DNA of 53,861 nt from an uncultured Methanomassiliicoccales archaeon (GCA_964368015.1 CAYIZM010000001.1:1-53861); one strand, 5' to 3'; positions 37,948 to 51,894 are shown, counted from the stretch's first letter. The notes: generated by a model not told the origin, from the letters alone. Numbers and translations: made by a program.

Positions 37948-40683
37948 ATGCCCTTCGACATGCTGAGCCCTTGGCTCGTCGATATGCTTCGGAAAAGGGG
38001 CATTGAAGAACCTACGGAACCTCAAGCAGATGCGATCCCGAAGATCGCAGCTGGGCAAAATGTCCTACTGGTAGCACCTACAGGCATCGGTAAAACCGAA
38101 GCCGCCATACTTCCTATACTCGACGAGTTGAAGAAAAGTGGCGGGAACGGTTTCCAATGCCTGTATATCACGCCATTACGTGCGTTGAACCGAGATATGC
38201 TAAAACGTATCGAAGACTACGGTCAAGAATCCGAGATCTCAGTAGGGGTTAGACATGGCGACACCACTCAAAGCGAAAGGAACAGTCAGTCCAAGAATCC
38301 GCCGAAGATATTGATCACCACGCCTGAAACATTACAGGTACTTTTTACTGGAAAGATCCTTAGAAAACATCTTGAGAATGTAAGATGGGTGATCGTTGAC
38401 GAGATCCACGAACTAGCGGACAACGAACGTGGAGCGCAGATGAGCGTGGCTTTAGAACGACTTTCGGCGACTGCTGGAGAGTACCAAAGGATCGGACTTT
38501 CAGCAACTGTCGGGAACGTGGAAGAAGTGAAGAACTTCCTTGCTGGTGTAGGACGTAAAGTAACCGTTTGTAGACACGATACACATAGAGATTACGACAT
38601 AACCGTAGAGTGTCCCAAACCAGACGATGACCCAGTACTTTTAGATAGACTTCAAACAGAGGCGGAAATGCTAGGTGTGATGAAGCATGGTCGTCGTTTG
38701 ATCGAAACCGGTAGATCGACACTTTTCTTTGTTAACACAAGAGAGACCGCAGAATGGCTTGCCGCGAGATATCGCCTTTGGGATACTGAATTTTCAATAG
38801 ATGTTCATCATGGATCACTTTCAAAAGAAACCCGAATGGAAATGGAGGACCGTTTCAAGTCTGGAGAACTTAAAGCGCTACTATGCACATCATCACTTGA
38901 ATTAGGCATAGACGTTGGAAGCACGGATCTAGTCATCCAATTTAATTCTCCTAGACAAGTCTCTAGAATGATCCAGCGTGCTGGAAGGGCAGGACATCGA
39001 ATAGGCGAATTGATAAAAGCTAGGATATTAGCTACCGCACCGGACGAGATCGCAGAAGCGATGGTCATCGCCCGTAAATGCGAAACACGTGAGATGGAAA
39101 GCCTAGAAGGAAGAAAGTGTCCTCTTACCGTAGTTGCAAATCAACTTATCGCAATGACTATGAGCGGTCGGGTGGATCGAGATACCGCGTTCAAATTTTT
39201 CAACAGGTCATATACATTTAGCACACTGGAAAGATCCGTTATGGATGATGTGCTGGAACAGTTGAAATCCATCAAAATGATATTCGAGGACGAGGACGGA
39301 TTTAGACGCTCTCGTAGAGGGATGAATTACTTTTACAGTAACATCTCCATGATACCTGACGAAAAATCGTACAGGATACGGGACATCGGAACTAGGTCGA
39401 TAATCGGTTCGCTTGATGAGAGTTTCGTCGCCACTTTTGCAGAAGAGCATGCGATGTTCATTGCTAAAGGCCGTACCTGGAGGATAATCGAAATGCGAGA
39501 GGAAGAGATCCTCGTAGAAGAAGCAAGAGAGATAGGATCCGTTCCGTCATGGACCGGTTCGGATATTCCAGTTCCTTTTGATATCGCGATGGAAGTCGGA
39601 CGGATGCGCCGTCTCCGTAATTATAACGAATATCCATGTGATGAAGAAGGCATCAGCAGATTGGATTCTTTTCTTGAATCCCAGGCTGAACATGTTATGC
39701 CGACGGACCGTACCGTAACATTAGAGGTAGGCAATAGGATCGCAATAATCAACTGCTGTTTCGGCACTAAAGTTAACGAAACACTGAGCAAGATCATATC
39801 TGCTCTACTTACCGCACGTTTCGGAGAAAGCGTTGGTGTATCAACAGATCCGTATCGTATAATCATGGAACTTCCTCGTAGCATAAGCAAAGAGGACCTG
39901 GAAAGTACTTTCAAACTCATCCGTCCTGGAACTGTGGAAGACCTTTGCAGAAAAACCATATTGAATTCTACGTTCCTAAAATGGCGTTTCGTCTACGTCG
40001 CAAAGAAATTCGGCATAATAGAAAAAGAAGCAGACCACCGCTTCATGAATTTTAACAGACTTTTTGACATACATAAAGGAACTCCGGCGTACAACGAAGC
40101 TGTCAACAAGGTATTGTGGGATGATCTGGATATAATCAACACAGAAAAGATAATCTCGTTGATCTCAAAAGGAGAAATAAAAGTAATAACAGGACCTGTC
40201 GCTCCCATCGGACTCGAAGGCATCACAAGATCCAAAGAACTCATGCAACCGATACGTGCAGATCACGCGATACTTATGGCCATGAAGAAAAGGATAGATG
40301 AAGAGCTTCTGTTCGCAACCTGCATGAGCTGCGGTTCTCAAAGTAGGTTAAGAGTGGGGGAAGCTCCCGACCGTCTTAGATGTCAGAATTGCGACGGAAT
40401 TATGATAGCAGTTTTGAAAGAATACGACCGAGACAATGCTAGATTGATCAAACAGAAACGTTTAGCGCCACAAGAGAAGAAAGAACTTCAACGTATGTCA
40501 CGGAACGCAAACCTTGTTAGAGAACAAGGCAAGCGCGCCGTATTCACTCTAGCAGGAAGAGGTATCGGTCCCAACAGTGCTTCAAGGATACTCAACGGAA
40601 TATATGTTGACGAAGACGATTTCCTTAGAGGTATAATGGCCGTCGAAATAACCTATGCGAAGAACAAGAGGTTCTGGGACTGA
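37948..40683 (+). CDS. lhr: Lhr-type superfamily-2 DEAD/DEAH-box helicase
   Basis: Motif I APTGIGKT, motif II VDEIHE, motif III LSATVGN, plus HHGSLSKETR and QRAGRAGHR. A C-terminal Zn ribbon reads CMSCGS..CQNCDG. Confidence 0.8.
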   Translation: MPFDMLSPWLVDMLRKRGIEEPTEPQADAIPKIAAGQNVLLVAPTGIGKTEAAILPILDELKKSGGNGFQCLYITPLRALNRDMLKRIEDYGQESEISVGVRHGDTTQSERNSQSKNPPKILITTPETLQVLFTGKILRKHLENVRWVIVDEIHELADNERGAQMSVALERLSATAGEYQRIGLSATVGNVEEVKNFLAGVGRKVTVCRHDTHRDYDITVECPKPDDDPVLLDRLQTEAEMLGVMKHGRRLIETGRSTLFFVNTRETAEWLAARYRLWDTEFSIDVHHGSLSKETRMEMEDRFKSGELKALLCTSSLELGIDVGSTDLVIQFNSPRQVSRMIQRAGRAGHRIGELIKARILATAPDEIAEAMVIARKCETREMESLEGRKCPLTVVANQLIAMTMSGRVDRDTAFKFFNRSYTFSTLERSVMDDVLEQLKSIKMIFEDEDGFRRSRRGMNYFYSNISMIPDEKSYRIRDIGTRSIIGSLDESFVATFAEEHAMFIAKGRTWRIIEMREEEILVEEAREIGSVPSWTGSDIPVPFDIAMEVGRMRRLRNYNEYPCDEEGISRLDSFLESQAEHVMPTDRTVTLEVGNRIAIINCCFGTKVNETLSKIISALLTARFGESVGVSTDPYRIIMELPRSISKEDLESTFKLIRPGTVEDLCRKTILNSTFLKWRFVYVAKKFGIIEKEADHRFMNFNRLFDIHKGTPAYNEAVNKVLWDDLDIINTEKIISLISKGEIKVITGPVAPIGLEGITRSKELMQPIRADHAILMAMKKRIDEELLFATCMSCGSQSRLRVGEAPDRLRCQNCDGIMIAVLKEYDRDNARLIKQKRLAPQEKKELQRMSRNANLVREQGKRAVFTLAGRGIGPNSASRILNGIYVDEDDFLRGIMAVEITYAKNKRFWD

Positions 40684-40685
40684 GA

Positions 40686-41246
40686 TCATAACTTGAAGGG
40701 CATTTTTGTCGCTTCGTAATTTACAAGTTTTTGTATTATATTCGTCGTTAGATCACCGTTGGTTATGGTTCTCTCCACGCGGTAAACTATTCCGTCGTCA
40801 TGACCCACGAATCTCTTGATGACCTCGTTCTCTTCGATAACTTCGTAAATATCTACAATCAGCTCACCGTAGATCTCGGATGTGTATACTTCGGTAAAAC
40901 TGATCATGTTTCCAAGATCAGGATCCGAAAAGAATCTCCATTTTCCCGCTAAATCATACTTTTTTTCCGGTTCATCGATCGTATCAAAGTAAGTTATGTC
41001 ACTGATCGTCGTAACCCTCGTTACACCGAAAATATCCATGTATGTAGTACTGACCGTACCACTAAGATTCCGAGATTCCTTTATTTGATACGTTTCGTAA
41101 AACACATCATGTGTGCCAGTGACCTCGTATTCGTATTCTATTGCATCGTATTCACTGATTAACATCAGGCCTAAACCACCAACTAAGACCAGAAATACGA
41201 GTGTTCCGGTCATCATCAGCAGTACTGTGCTGGTCTTCCTTGCCAT
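40686..41246 (-). CDS. Hypothetical membrane-anchored protein (single N-terminal TM)
   Basis: The N-terminus MARKTSTVLLMMTGTLVFLVLVGGLGLMLI is followed by an acidic, Tyr/Thr-rich ectodomain. I recognised no family. Confidence 0.5.
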   Translation of the reverse strand: MARKTSTVLLMMTGTLVFLVLVGGLGLMLISEYDAIEYEYEVTGTHDVFYETYQIKESRNLSGTVSTTYMDIFGVTRVTTISDITYFDTIDEPEKKYDLAGKWRFFSDPDLGNMISFTEVYTSEIYGELIVDIYEVIEENEVIKRFVGHDDGIVYRVERTITNGDLTTNIIQKLVNYEATKMPFKL

Positions 41247-41302
41247 AGAGCGCTCCCGCTATTGTCATCACAGGAAAAGTATTAAGTTATAATGTGAAGA
41301 TA

Positions 41303-41986
41303 TCATATGAAATTTCCCTTGATGGAAAATGCTTTTTCCTTAACTTCTGGAACTGGCTCTTCCAATTTCACTTTATTTTTGGCATAGAAACCTTTGCATA
41401 TCACGTAAACTTCAGAAGAAGTTTCTCTAGTTGCGGCTGGAGTGTGTATCTTTACAGTTTTGAACCTGAATTCTACATCTCTTTTGATCAGGTGGAACAT
41501 ATCTCCCATGAAGACCTTCATTACCAAGGTTCCGTTCTTCCTTAGGATACGGTCACAGACGTTTATTGCATATGTGCATAGATGCACGGAACGAGCGTGG
41601 TCCGTTGAATAATGGCCTGCGATGTTAGGGGCCATGTCAGAAATAACCACGTCTACCTTTCCCCCTACTTTTGAAAGTAGCTCTATCATTGTAGAATCCT
41701 CGGTTATATCCCCAAGAATGGTCTCCACGCCTTCTAACGGGCGGATACGCCTTAGATCTAATCCAATAACTTTTCCTGACTCGCCGACTTTATCTTTAGC
41801 CACTTGGAGCCAGCCACCTGGAAATGCCCCCAGATCAGCTACTGAATCCCCCTTTTTAAAAATACCAAAGCGTTCGTCCATCTGCAATAATTTGTATGAT
41901 GCCCTGGAGCGGTACCCTTGCTTCTTAGCAAGCTTGTAGTAATGCTCATGCCTCCTTTCTTGTACCCACCGATCGTGTAACGCCAT
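41303..41986 (-). CDS. rlmE: 23S rRNA (uridine-2'-O)-methyltransferase RlmE/FtsJ
   Basis: YRSRASYKLLQM, DLGAFPGGW and VISDMAPN motifs. I chose ATG 41986 (MALHDRWVQERR). The ORF-track start at 42049 would leave no promoter space before purM. Confidence 0.8.
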   Translation of the reverse strand: MALHDRWVQERRHEHYYKLAKKQGYRSRASYKLLQMDERFGIFKKGDSVADLGAFPGGWLQVAKDKVGESGKVIGLDLRRIRPLEGVETILGDITEDSTMIELLSKVGGKVDVVISDMAPNIAGHYSTDHARSVHLCTYAINVCDRILRKNGTLVMKVFMGDMFHLIKRDVEFRFKTVKIHTPAATRETSSEVYVICKGFYAKNKVKLEEPVPEVKEKAFSIKGNFI

Positions 41987-42055
41987 GACCTGTCCATTGT
42001 GTTTATCTTTAAACCCTTTTCCCACGTCATAAATATAAGAGTGGGTCATCCAGTA

Positions 42056-43081
42056 ATGAACGCCATGACCGAATGGACTTACGAGAAAGCAGGAGTCAGT
42101 ATTGACAAAAAATCAGATGCAATAAGTTCCTTAGTAAGCGAACTGAAATATCGTCGCGAAGGAAAAGGGCAGCAATTAAAAAGATCTGGACTCTTCGCCA
42201 GCCTGATCGAGTTTGGTAACGAATATCTTACATTAGCTACGGACGGAGTTGGGTCCAAACTTATGGTGGCTAATGCGATGAATAAATGGGACACTGTCGG
42301 AATTGACTGTGTAGCTATGAATGTTAACGACACCATCTGTGTTAACTCCGAGCCTATGTCATTCGTAGATTATGTGGCAATTGCAGATCCTGATCCGAAT
42401 ATCACAAAGGAGATCGGGATCGGACTCAATAAAGGGGCCGAGATGTCGAACATGGAGATCGTCGGTGGAGAGATAGCCGTACTCCCGGAAATAGTCAGGA
42501 TACCGGATCTTTCCGGTACGTGTCTGGGTCATGTGAGAAGATCAGAGGTCATTACAGGAGAAGAATGCGAAGAGGGTGACCTTATTGTTGCTCTTAGATC
42601 ATCGGGCATACATTCTAACGGTCTCACTTTAGCAAGAAAAGTCTTTGAAAGCTCCGGATTTGAATTGAATGATAAAGCATCCGGTCTGAACGGATCTATC
42701 GGAGATAATCTTCTTACTCCCACTGAAATATATGTTAAACAAGTTCTAGGAATAACTTCAAAATATGATGTCCACGGACTGTTGAACATCACTGGCGGAG
42801 GTCTACGTAACCTTCTTAGAATGAGGTCCGGCCTTCAATATATAATAGACGATCCTATAAAACCAGCTAACATATTCAAAACCATTCAAAAACTTGGTAA
42901 CGTTACAGATAAAGAAATGTACCAGACGTTCAACATGAGTATGGGTTTCATGATCGTCGCATCATCTGTTGATGCTGAATCAATAGTCCACGAAAATAAG
43001 AATTCCCAAGTCGTAGGACGTGTAGAAAAAGGTACTGGAGCCCTGTTCGAACCAGGAAATCTCGTTTACGACCATTACTGA
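42056..43081 (+). CDS. purM: Phosphoribosylformylglycinamidine cyclo-ligase (AIR synthase)
   Basis: YEKAGVSID and LATDGVGSKL motifs. The start is ATG 42056 or 42065. Confidence 0.85.
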   Translation: MNAMTEWTYEKAGVSIDKKSDAISSLVSELKYRREGKGQQLKRSGLFASLIEFGNEYLTLATDGVGSKLMVANAMNKWDTVGIDCVAMNVNDTICVNSEPMSFVDYVAIADPDPNITKEIGIGLNKGAEMSNMEIVGGEIAVLPEIVRIPDLSGTCLGHVRRSEVITGEECEEGDLIVALRSSGIHSNGLTLARKVFESSGFELNDKASGLNGSIGDNLLTPTEIYVKQVLGITSKYDVHGLLNITGGGLRNLLRMRSGLQYIIDDPIKPANIFKTIQKLGNVTDKEMYQTFNMSMGFMIVASSVDAESIVHENKNSQVVGRVEKGTGALFEPGNLVYDHY

Positions 43082-43617
43082 GTCATAAGTGCGTGTACTG
43101 CGCCGCATACAGCGCCTATTGCAGTGCAGGTTTCCAACGAATAACCACCGCCGGTTATATCGAGATTATATTTCGGTATGGAGGTTGCATTTTTTGGAAC
43201 GCCGTGAGGTCCTAGACCAAAAACAAGGAGGATGCTCTTTCCACCTTTGACCTCCTTCACTAATGTACCAAGTTCTATCTTTTTAGAAGGTTCTGGACTA
43301 CTAGTGGTAAGAATAGGTTCACCCAACTGTGGGGGGAACCCTTTTGAGGGATACGGAAACGTAGAGAACCTTCCTTCTTCCGCAAGCTGCACAAAATAAT
43401 CCCCGTGACGTCCGATGCTAGTGGTTCCTGCCACCCATTCTGCGATATCCTTTGGTGTTCTGCAATCTTCAGGAATAGGAAAACCAAAAAGTGCCAGGTT
43501 CATATTGTAAGCCATGGCTATGTCACCTGTACGCGCTATAGCACGTCTGTGCGGCTCCCTGAACTTGTTAGAGTCGTATGAATTGTAAAGCCCTATCGTA
43601 ATTCTTCCGTTAGCCAT
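43075..43617 (-). CDS. Conserved archaeal hypothetical protein, possibly SPOUT-like fold
   Basis: 180 aa. SD AGGTGA lies 10 nt upstream of the ATG. The C-terminal GGYSLETCTAIGAVCGAV resembles the knot region of a SPOUT methyltransferase. The functional call is weak. Confidence 0.4.
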   Translation of the reverse strand: MANGRITIGLYNSYDSNKFREPHRRAIARTGDIAMAYNMNLALFGFPIPEDCRTPKDIAEWVAGTTSIGRHGDYFVQLAEEGRFSTFPYPSKGFPPQLGEPILTTSSPEPSKKIELGTLVKEVKGGKSILLVFGLGPHGVPKNATSIPKYNLDITGGGYSLETCTAIGAVCGAVHALMTQ

Positions 43618-43626
43618 AATAAAAAC

Positions 43627-43782
43627 TCACCTTTTTCTTCGCCCGATGATAGCATGGGCATCACCGTCTAAAAATATCTCATGATCCGGAAACTCGATCT
43701 GAAGACGCTTTATCTCTTCTAAGGTCTCAGCGACGGTCAAACGGCTTTTCGTGATATCGATAAAAACCTTGTCCTCCTCCAA
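43627..43782 (-). CDS. Candidate small ORF (51 aa) between tRNA-Phe and the downstream gene
   Basis: TTG start preceded by CATGGAGGGACTGAC, where GGAGG is the SD. It reads LEEDKVFIDITKSRLTVAETLEEIKRLQIEFPDHEIFLDGDAHAIIGRRKR. The longer 107-aa ORF in the track runs through the tRNA. Confidence 0.3.
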   Translation of the reverse strand: MEEDKVFIDITKSRLTVAETLEEIKRLQIEFPDHEIFLDGDAHAIIGRRKR

Positions 43783-43826
43783 GTCAGTCCCTCCATGGAC
43801 CCAAATGTCCGAGATGATAAAAGTGG

Positions 43827-43899
43827 TGCCGCGAGCCGGGCTCGAACCAGCGACATCATGATCTTCAGTCATGCACTCTCCCAACTGAGTTACCGCGGC
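43827..43899 (-). tRNA. tRNA-Phe (anticodon GAA)
   Basis: Acceptor stem GCCGCGG/TCGCGGC, anticodon loop CTGAAGA, T-loop TTCGAGC. A CCA is encoded at 43824-43826. Confidence 0.9.
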
Positions 43900-44264
43900 G
43901 TAATTCCCCCAATGTGAGGAGGCGTTATAAAGTTTACTGGGTCCGGCCACCTTTTTTCTTGACTTTGGGGTACTTACCCCATCCTCTGAGCAGGCCTTTT
44001 GTCTTTAATTGATAACATTCCACTGATTCTAGCCTAGACATCATACGATCGACTTTCACTATCTCCCACATTACCGCCACAAAGCAAACTGTGGACATGA
44101 TCGCGAAAGCTATCCATATTAGGAGTGCCAGATAATCCAGGTTACCAAAATTCATTGGTAAAATAGGGGTAGTTTGAAGAGAAATGAGGACGACCGCTAT
44201 TGAGGAGACGTGGGCGATGGTCGAAACCATCGCCGCACCGAGCTCCAGCGGTCGATAATTCACC

Positions 44265-48732
<4,468 letters not shown>

Positions 48733-48795
48733 TTAGAACAGCTCCGCATTGTATTCACAGTGCTAACGAAATCACTAGGCCCTGACGCTATATAT

Positions 48796-48819
48796 ACGCG
48801 CGTATGTAGCGCACGCGCG
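48796..48819. promoter_or_regulatory. GC-rich inverted repeat CGCGCGT-N9-ACGCGCG next to a TATATATA box in the gyrB/thiC divergent intergenic region
   Basis: The 7-bp arms occupy 48797-48803 and 48813-48819. TATATATA lies at 48789-48796. Its function is inferred only. Confidence 0.3.
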
Positions 48820-48887
48820 AATAAAAGGGAGCGTTAAAACTACGGGAACGCTGAAATAAACGTAAGCGATTGGAGATATGATATTCA

Positions 48888-50180
48888 ATGAGCACCATTA
48901 TGGAACAGGCACGAAGAGGTGGGAACGCTCCTTTGGTGCGTACTATCGCTGAAAAGGAAGGAGTCAGGGAAGAATTCATCAGAAATGGTATCGCATCAGG
49001 ACGTATCGTTGTACCCTGTAACCCGATACATGACCCGGAGCCCGCTGCTATAGGTGAAGGCCTCAGCATAAAGGTGAATGTTAACCTTGGTACGTCAAGG
49101 GATATAGTTGACCTAGACAGCGAACTGGAAAAACTTAAGATCTCGTTGAAATACGGTGCGGATTCTATAATGGATCTTAGCACTGGAGGAGATATTGACG
49201 TTATAAGAGCCAGACTCCTAAAGGAATGTCCTGTTATGATGGGTTCTGTTCCGATATATCAGACCGGGTTGACCGCTGCGAGAAATAACGCAGTGGTGGA
49301 TATGAACGAGGACGATATCTTCAATGGGATAGAAAAACACGCAAAGGACGGTATGGATTTTATGACCGTTCACTGCGGTATAACAAAAGAGTCCGTCGCC
49401 TGGCTTAAAAGATCAGATAGGCTCATGGACGTTGTATCGCGAGGAGGTTCTTTCCTTACTGCTTGGATACTTCATAACGAAGAAGAAAATCCACTTTTCA
49501 AAAATTATGATTATTTATTAGAAATGGCAAGAAAATACGAGTTCACATTGTCCCTTGGTGACGGTTTTAGACCGGGTTGTATCGCCGATGCATCCGATCA
49601 AGCTCAGATATCTGAACTTATGACACTGGGTCATTTAGTTAAAAGGGCCCGTGAAGCTGGAGTTCAATCCATGGTCGAAGGTCCAGGGCATGTTCCTTTA
49701 GACCAGGTCCCGATGAACGTGGCACTGGAAAAAAGTATGTGTGACGGTGCACCTTTCTATGTACTAGGTCCTCTTGTGACGGATATAGCGCCAGGATACG
49801 ATCATATCGTCGGAGCCATAGGTGGAGCCGTTGCCGCACAAGCAGGAGCAGACTTCCTCTGTTATCTTACGCCGGCTGAACATCTTTCATTACCAGATGT
49901 CGAAGACGTTAGAGAAGGTGTGATCGCATCGAAAATAGCTGCACATGTAGGAGACCTTACAAGAGGCAGAGGGCGCGAAATGGACGATGCTATGGCAAGG
50001 GCCCGTAAGAAATTAGACTGGGATACTATGTTCGAACTCTGTCTGGATCCTGATAAGGCTCGCGAATACCGTCAGAGAGGATGTACCGAACATAAAGACG
50101 GTTGTTCCATGTGCGGTGACGTTTGTGCAGTGAAGATCGTTAACCAATACCTAAAAAAGGATGGAAAGGACGGCTATTGA
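48888..50180 (+). CDS. thiC: Phosphomethylpyrimidine synthase ThiC
   Basis: VEGPGHVPL and the C-terminal CSMCGDVCAV cluster motif. Length is 430 aa. Confidence 0.9.
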   Translation: MSTIMEQARRGGNAPLVRTIAEKEGVREEFIRNGIASGRIVVPCNPIHDPEPAAIGEGLSIKVNVNLGTSRDIVDLDSELEKLKISLKYGADSIMDLSTGGDIDVIRARLLKECPVMMGSVPIYQTGLTAARNNAVVDMNEDDIFNGIEKHAKDGMDFMTVHCGITKESVAWLKRSDRLMDVVSRGGSFLTAWILHNEEENPLFKNYDYLLEMARKYEFTLSLGDGFRPGCIADASDQAQISELMTLGHLVKRAREAGVQSMVEGPGHVPLDQVPMNVALEKSMCDGAPFYVLGPLVTDIAPGYDHIVGAIGGAVAAQAGADFLCYLTPAEHLSLPDVEDVREGVIASKIAAHVGDLTRGRGREMDDAMARARKKLDWDTMFELCLDPDKAREYRQRGCTEHKDGCSMCGDVCAVKIVNQYLKKDGKDGY

Positions 50181-50962
50181 TGGCGATTCACCCTCTTGAC
50201 GGAAATATGCCAGAGAGTGAAAAAGTGAAGTTCTGGGATGTGTTCTCTGAAACGTATACTTCCGAACAACAAGGCAACATGCCACAGCGTATAGTTGAAT
50301 GGCTCGATGAGATCAACGTTATAGGCAATGATAAAGATATATTGGAGATAGGTAGCGGACCTGGCACATATTCGTTGATAATGTCTAGATTTTCAAAAAC
50401 TGTCTCGTGTCTTGATTCATCAGGAAAGATGTTAGACCGTCTCTTTGATACTGCAAAGAAAGAAGGTATCGATAACTTAGAAAGAATAGAAGCAGACTGG
50501 AATGTCTACGAAACAGAACGAAAATGGGACACCGTGGTTTCCGCTCTTTGCTCCAGCCTAGGAACACCTGGGTCTATAGATCGAATGGATTCTCTTTCCA
50601 AAGGCAATTGTGTTATTATCTCATGGATAGAGAACCATGGAGACGAGTTACAATCAGAAATTTGGTCAAAACTTGGGAAAAATTATAGTTATAAGAAACG
50701 AAGAACCGACGATATCGTAAATATTCTAAAATCTTCTGGCCGAAAGATCGAAAGCCGTGAGTTCTCGGAGGAGATAAAGATCGAAATGCCTGTGGAAGAG
50801 GTCATAAGAAGACAAACTGGCACATTTTCTGTATTCGGTCTCGAAAAAGAAGCTCAAGCAGCCGCGAAAGAGATACTGGCACACCGCTCAGTGAACGGCA
50901 TATATAGATATCAAGCTGTTAACTCGCTCCGTGCCACGGTCTGGAAACCGCTTAGGATATAA
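50180..50962 (+). CDS. Class I SAM-dependent methyltransferase, substrate unknown
   Basis: Motif I is ILEIGSGPGTYS. The ATG overlaps the thiC stop (TGATG). Confidence 0.65.
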   Translation: MAIHPLDGNMPESEKVKFWDVFSETYTSEQQGNMPQRIVEWLDEINVIGNDKDILEIGSGPGTYSLIMSRFSKTVSCLDSSGKMLDRLFDTAKKEGIDNLERIEADWNVYETERKWDTVVSALCSSLGTPGSIDRMDSLSKGNCVIISWIENHGDELQSEIWSKLGKNYSYKKRRTDDIVNILKSSGRKIESREFSEEIKIEMPVEEVIRRQTGTFSVFGLEKEAQAAAKEILAHRSVNGIYRYQAVNSLRATVWKPLRI

Positions 50963-50966
50963 ATGG

Positions 50967-51038
50967 AGCCACTGGAGGGAATCGAACCCCCGATCTACGG
51001 TTTACGAAACCGCCGCTCTACCGCTGAGCCACAGTGGC
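50967..51038 (-). tRNA. tRNA-Thr (anticodon CGT)
   Basis: Acceptor stem GCCACTG/CAGTGGC, anticodon loop TTCGTAA, T-loop TTCGATT. A CCA is encoded at 50964-50966, one nt from the convergent stop at 50962. Confidence 0.9.
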
Positions 51039-51087
51039 GTATGGTACGCAAATGAACTACTGCTTTTAAATGTTTACACAGAACCGC

Positions 51088-51894
51088 TTAGCGGAATCTA
51101 GGAAACATGTTCTTAAAAACAACTGCGTCAGCTGATATCTCTGGTGATTCGCATATGAAGGTGCATTCTTGATCGGAATCATTCAGAACGTTTGCCAACA
51201 ATTGCATATCTGGCTGTTTAGAATCAAGGGTCAAATGTTTCTTCTCGCCCCTCTCCCCAAAGTCTATGCCACTAATATGAAAATGTGCTATCTTGCCACA
51301 TAGCGGGAAGAAATCATCGATCAGATCCTGCATGTCCTGCTGGGTCTTCAGAGAACCGCCGTTCCTGGCATGGACATGCGCCACGTCTAATACCGGGTGT
51401 ACGCCATCTACACTTTCCATTACTCCTTTTATCTCTTCAAGAGTGCCGAATTGCCCTTTCTTTCCCATGGTCTCCACGCCAAGGATAACATCATCGATAC
51501 CTTCGTTATCCAAATTATCCTTGCATATCGTCAGACCTTCGATAACAGATCCTAATGCTGCCTCAGGATCTTTTCCGTACGATGCTGCATGGATCACAAT
51601 GATGTATGCGCCCATGTTGTGCGCTACACGAGCAGTGTCCATGACCCAGTCAACACTTCTCTTTCTAGTATCTTGACTGTCCGAATTGAAACTTATGAAA
51701 TAAGGGGCGTGACAGGATAACCTAATATCAAGTTCTTTGGCGGCATCGCCGATCTTTATAGCACGTTCTTCGGATATTCGTGCTCCACGCACCAATTCGA
51801 CCTCAAGAGCATTAAGTCCCAGTGATCTAGTATATTCCAAAGAACCGAAGGCTGTCTTGCCTTCCGGCGGGTATCCTGCAGGTCCGAATCTCAT
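51088..51894 (-). CDS. nfo: AP endonuclease family 2 (endonuclease IV-like, TIM barrel)
   Basis: The metal-ligand pattern follows the order of the EndoIV family: CHAPYFISFNS, VIHAASYG, GVETMG, VLDVAHVHA, HFHISG, ICESP. Confidence 0.7.
   Translation of the reverse strand: MRFGPAGYPPEGKTAFGSLEYTRSLGLNALEVELVRGARISEERAIKIGDAAKELDIRLSCHAPYFISFNSDSQDTRKRSVDWVMDTARVAHNMGAYIIVIHAASYGKDPEAALGSVIEGLTICKDNLDNEGIDDVILGVETMGKKGQFGTLEEIKGVMESVDGVHPVLDVAHVHARNGGSLKTQQDMQDLIDDFFPLCGKIAHFHISGIDFGERGEKKHLTLDSKQPDMQLLANVLNDSDQECTFICESPEISADAVVFKNMFPRFR

Noticed and set aside
43783-43950. N-terminal 56 codons of the 107-aa ORF at 43627-43950
   Set aside because: This part reads through tRNA-Phe (43827-43899). 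Only the segment downstream of the tRNA is kept, as a low-confidence small ORF.
48821-48887. Possible TPP riboswitch in the thiC leader (GGGAGCG...CGCTGAAA resembles GGGGUGC...GCUGAGA)
   Set aside because: The 3' half of the aptamer (ACCUGAUCUGGAUAAUGCCAGCGUAGGGA-type sequence) and the ACCC segment are absent. Only about 65 nt are available before the start codon, so it does not fit the TPP consensus.
48788-49183. 131-aa minus-strand ORF overlapping the thiC start
   Set aside because: It is antisense to the conserved ThiC N-terminus and runs through the promoter region. No motifs are present.
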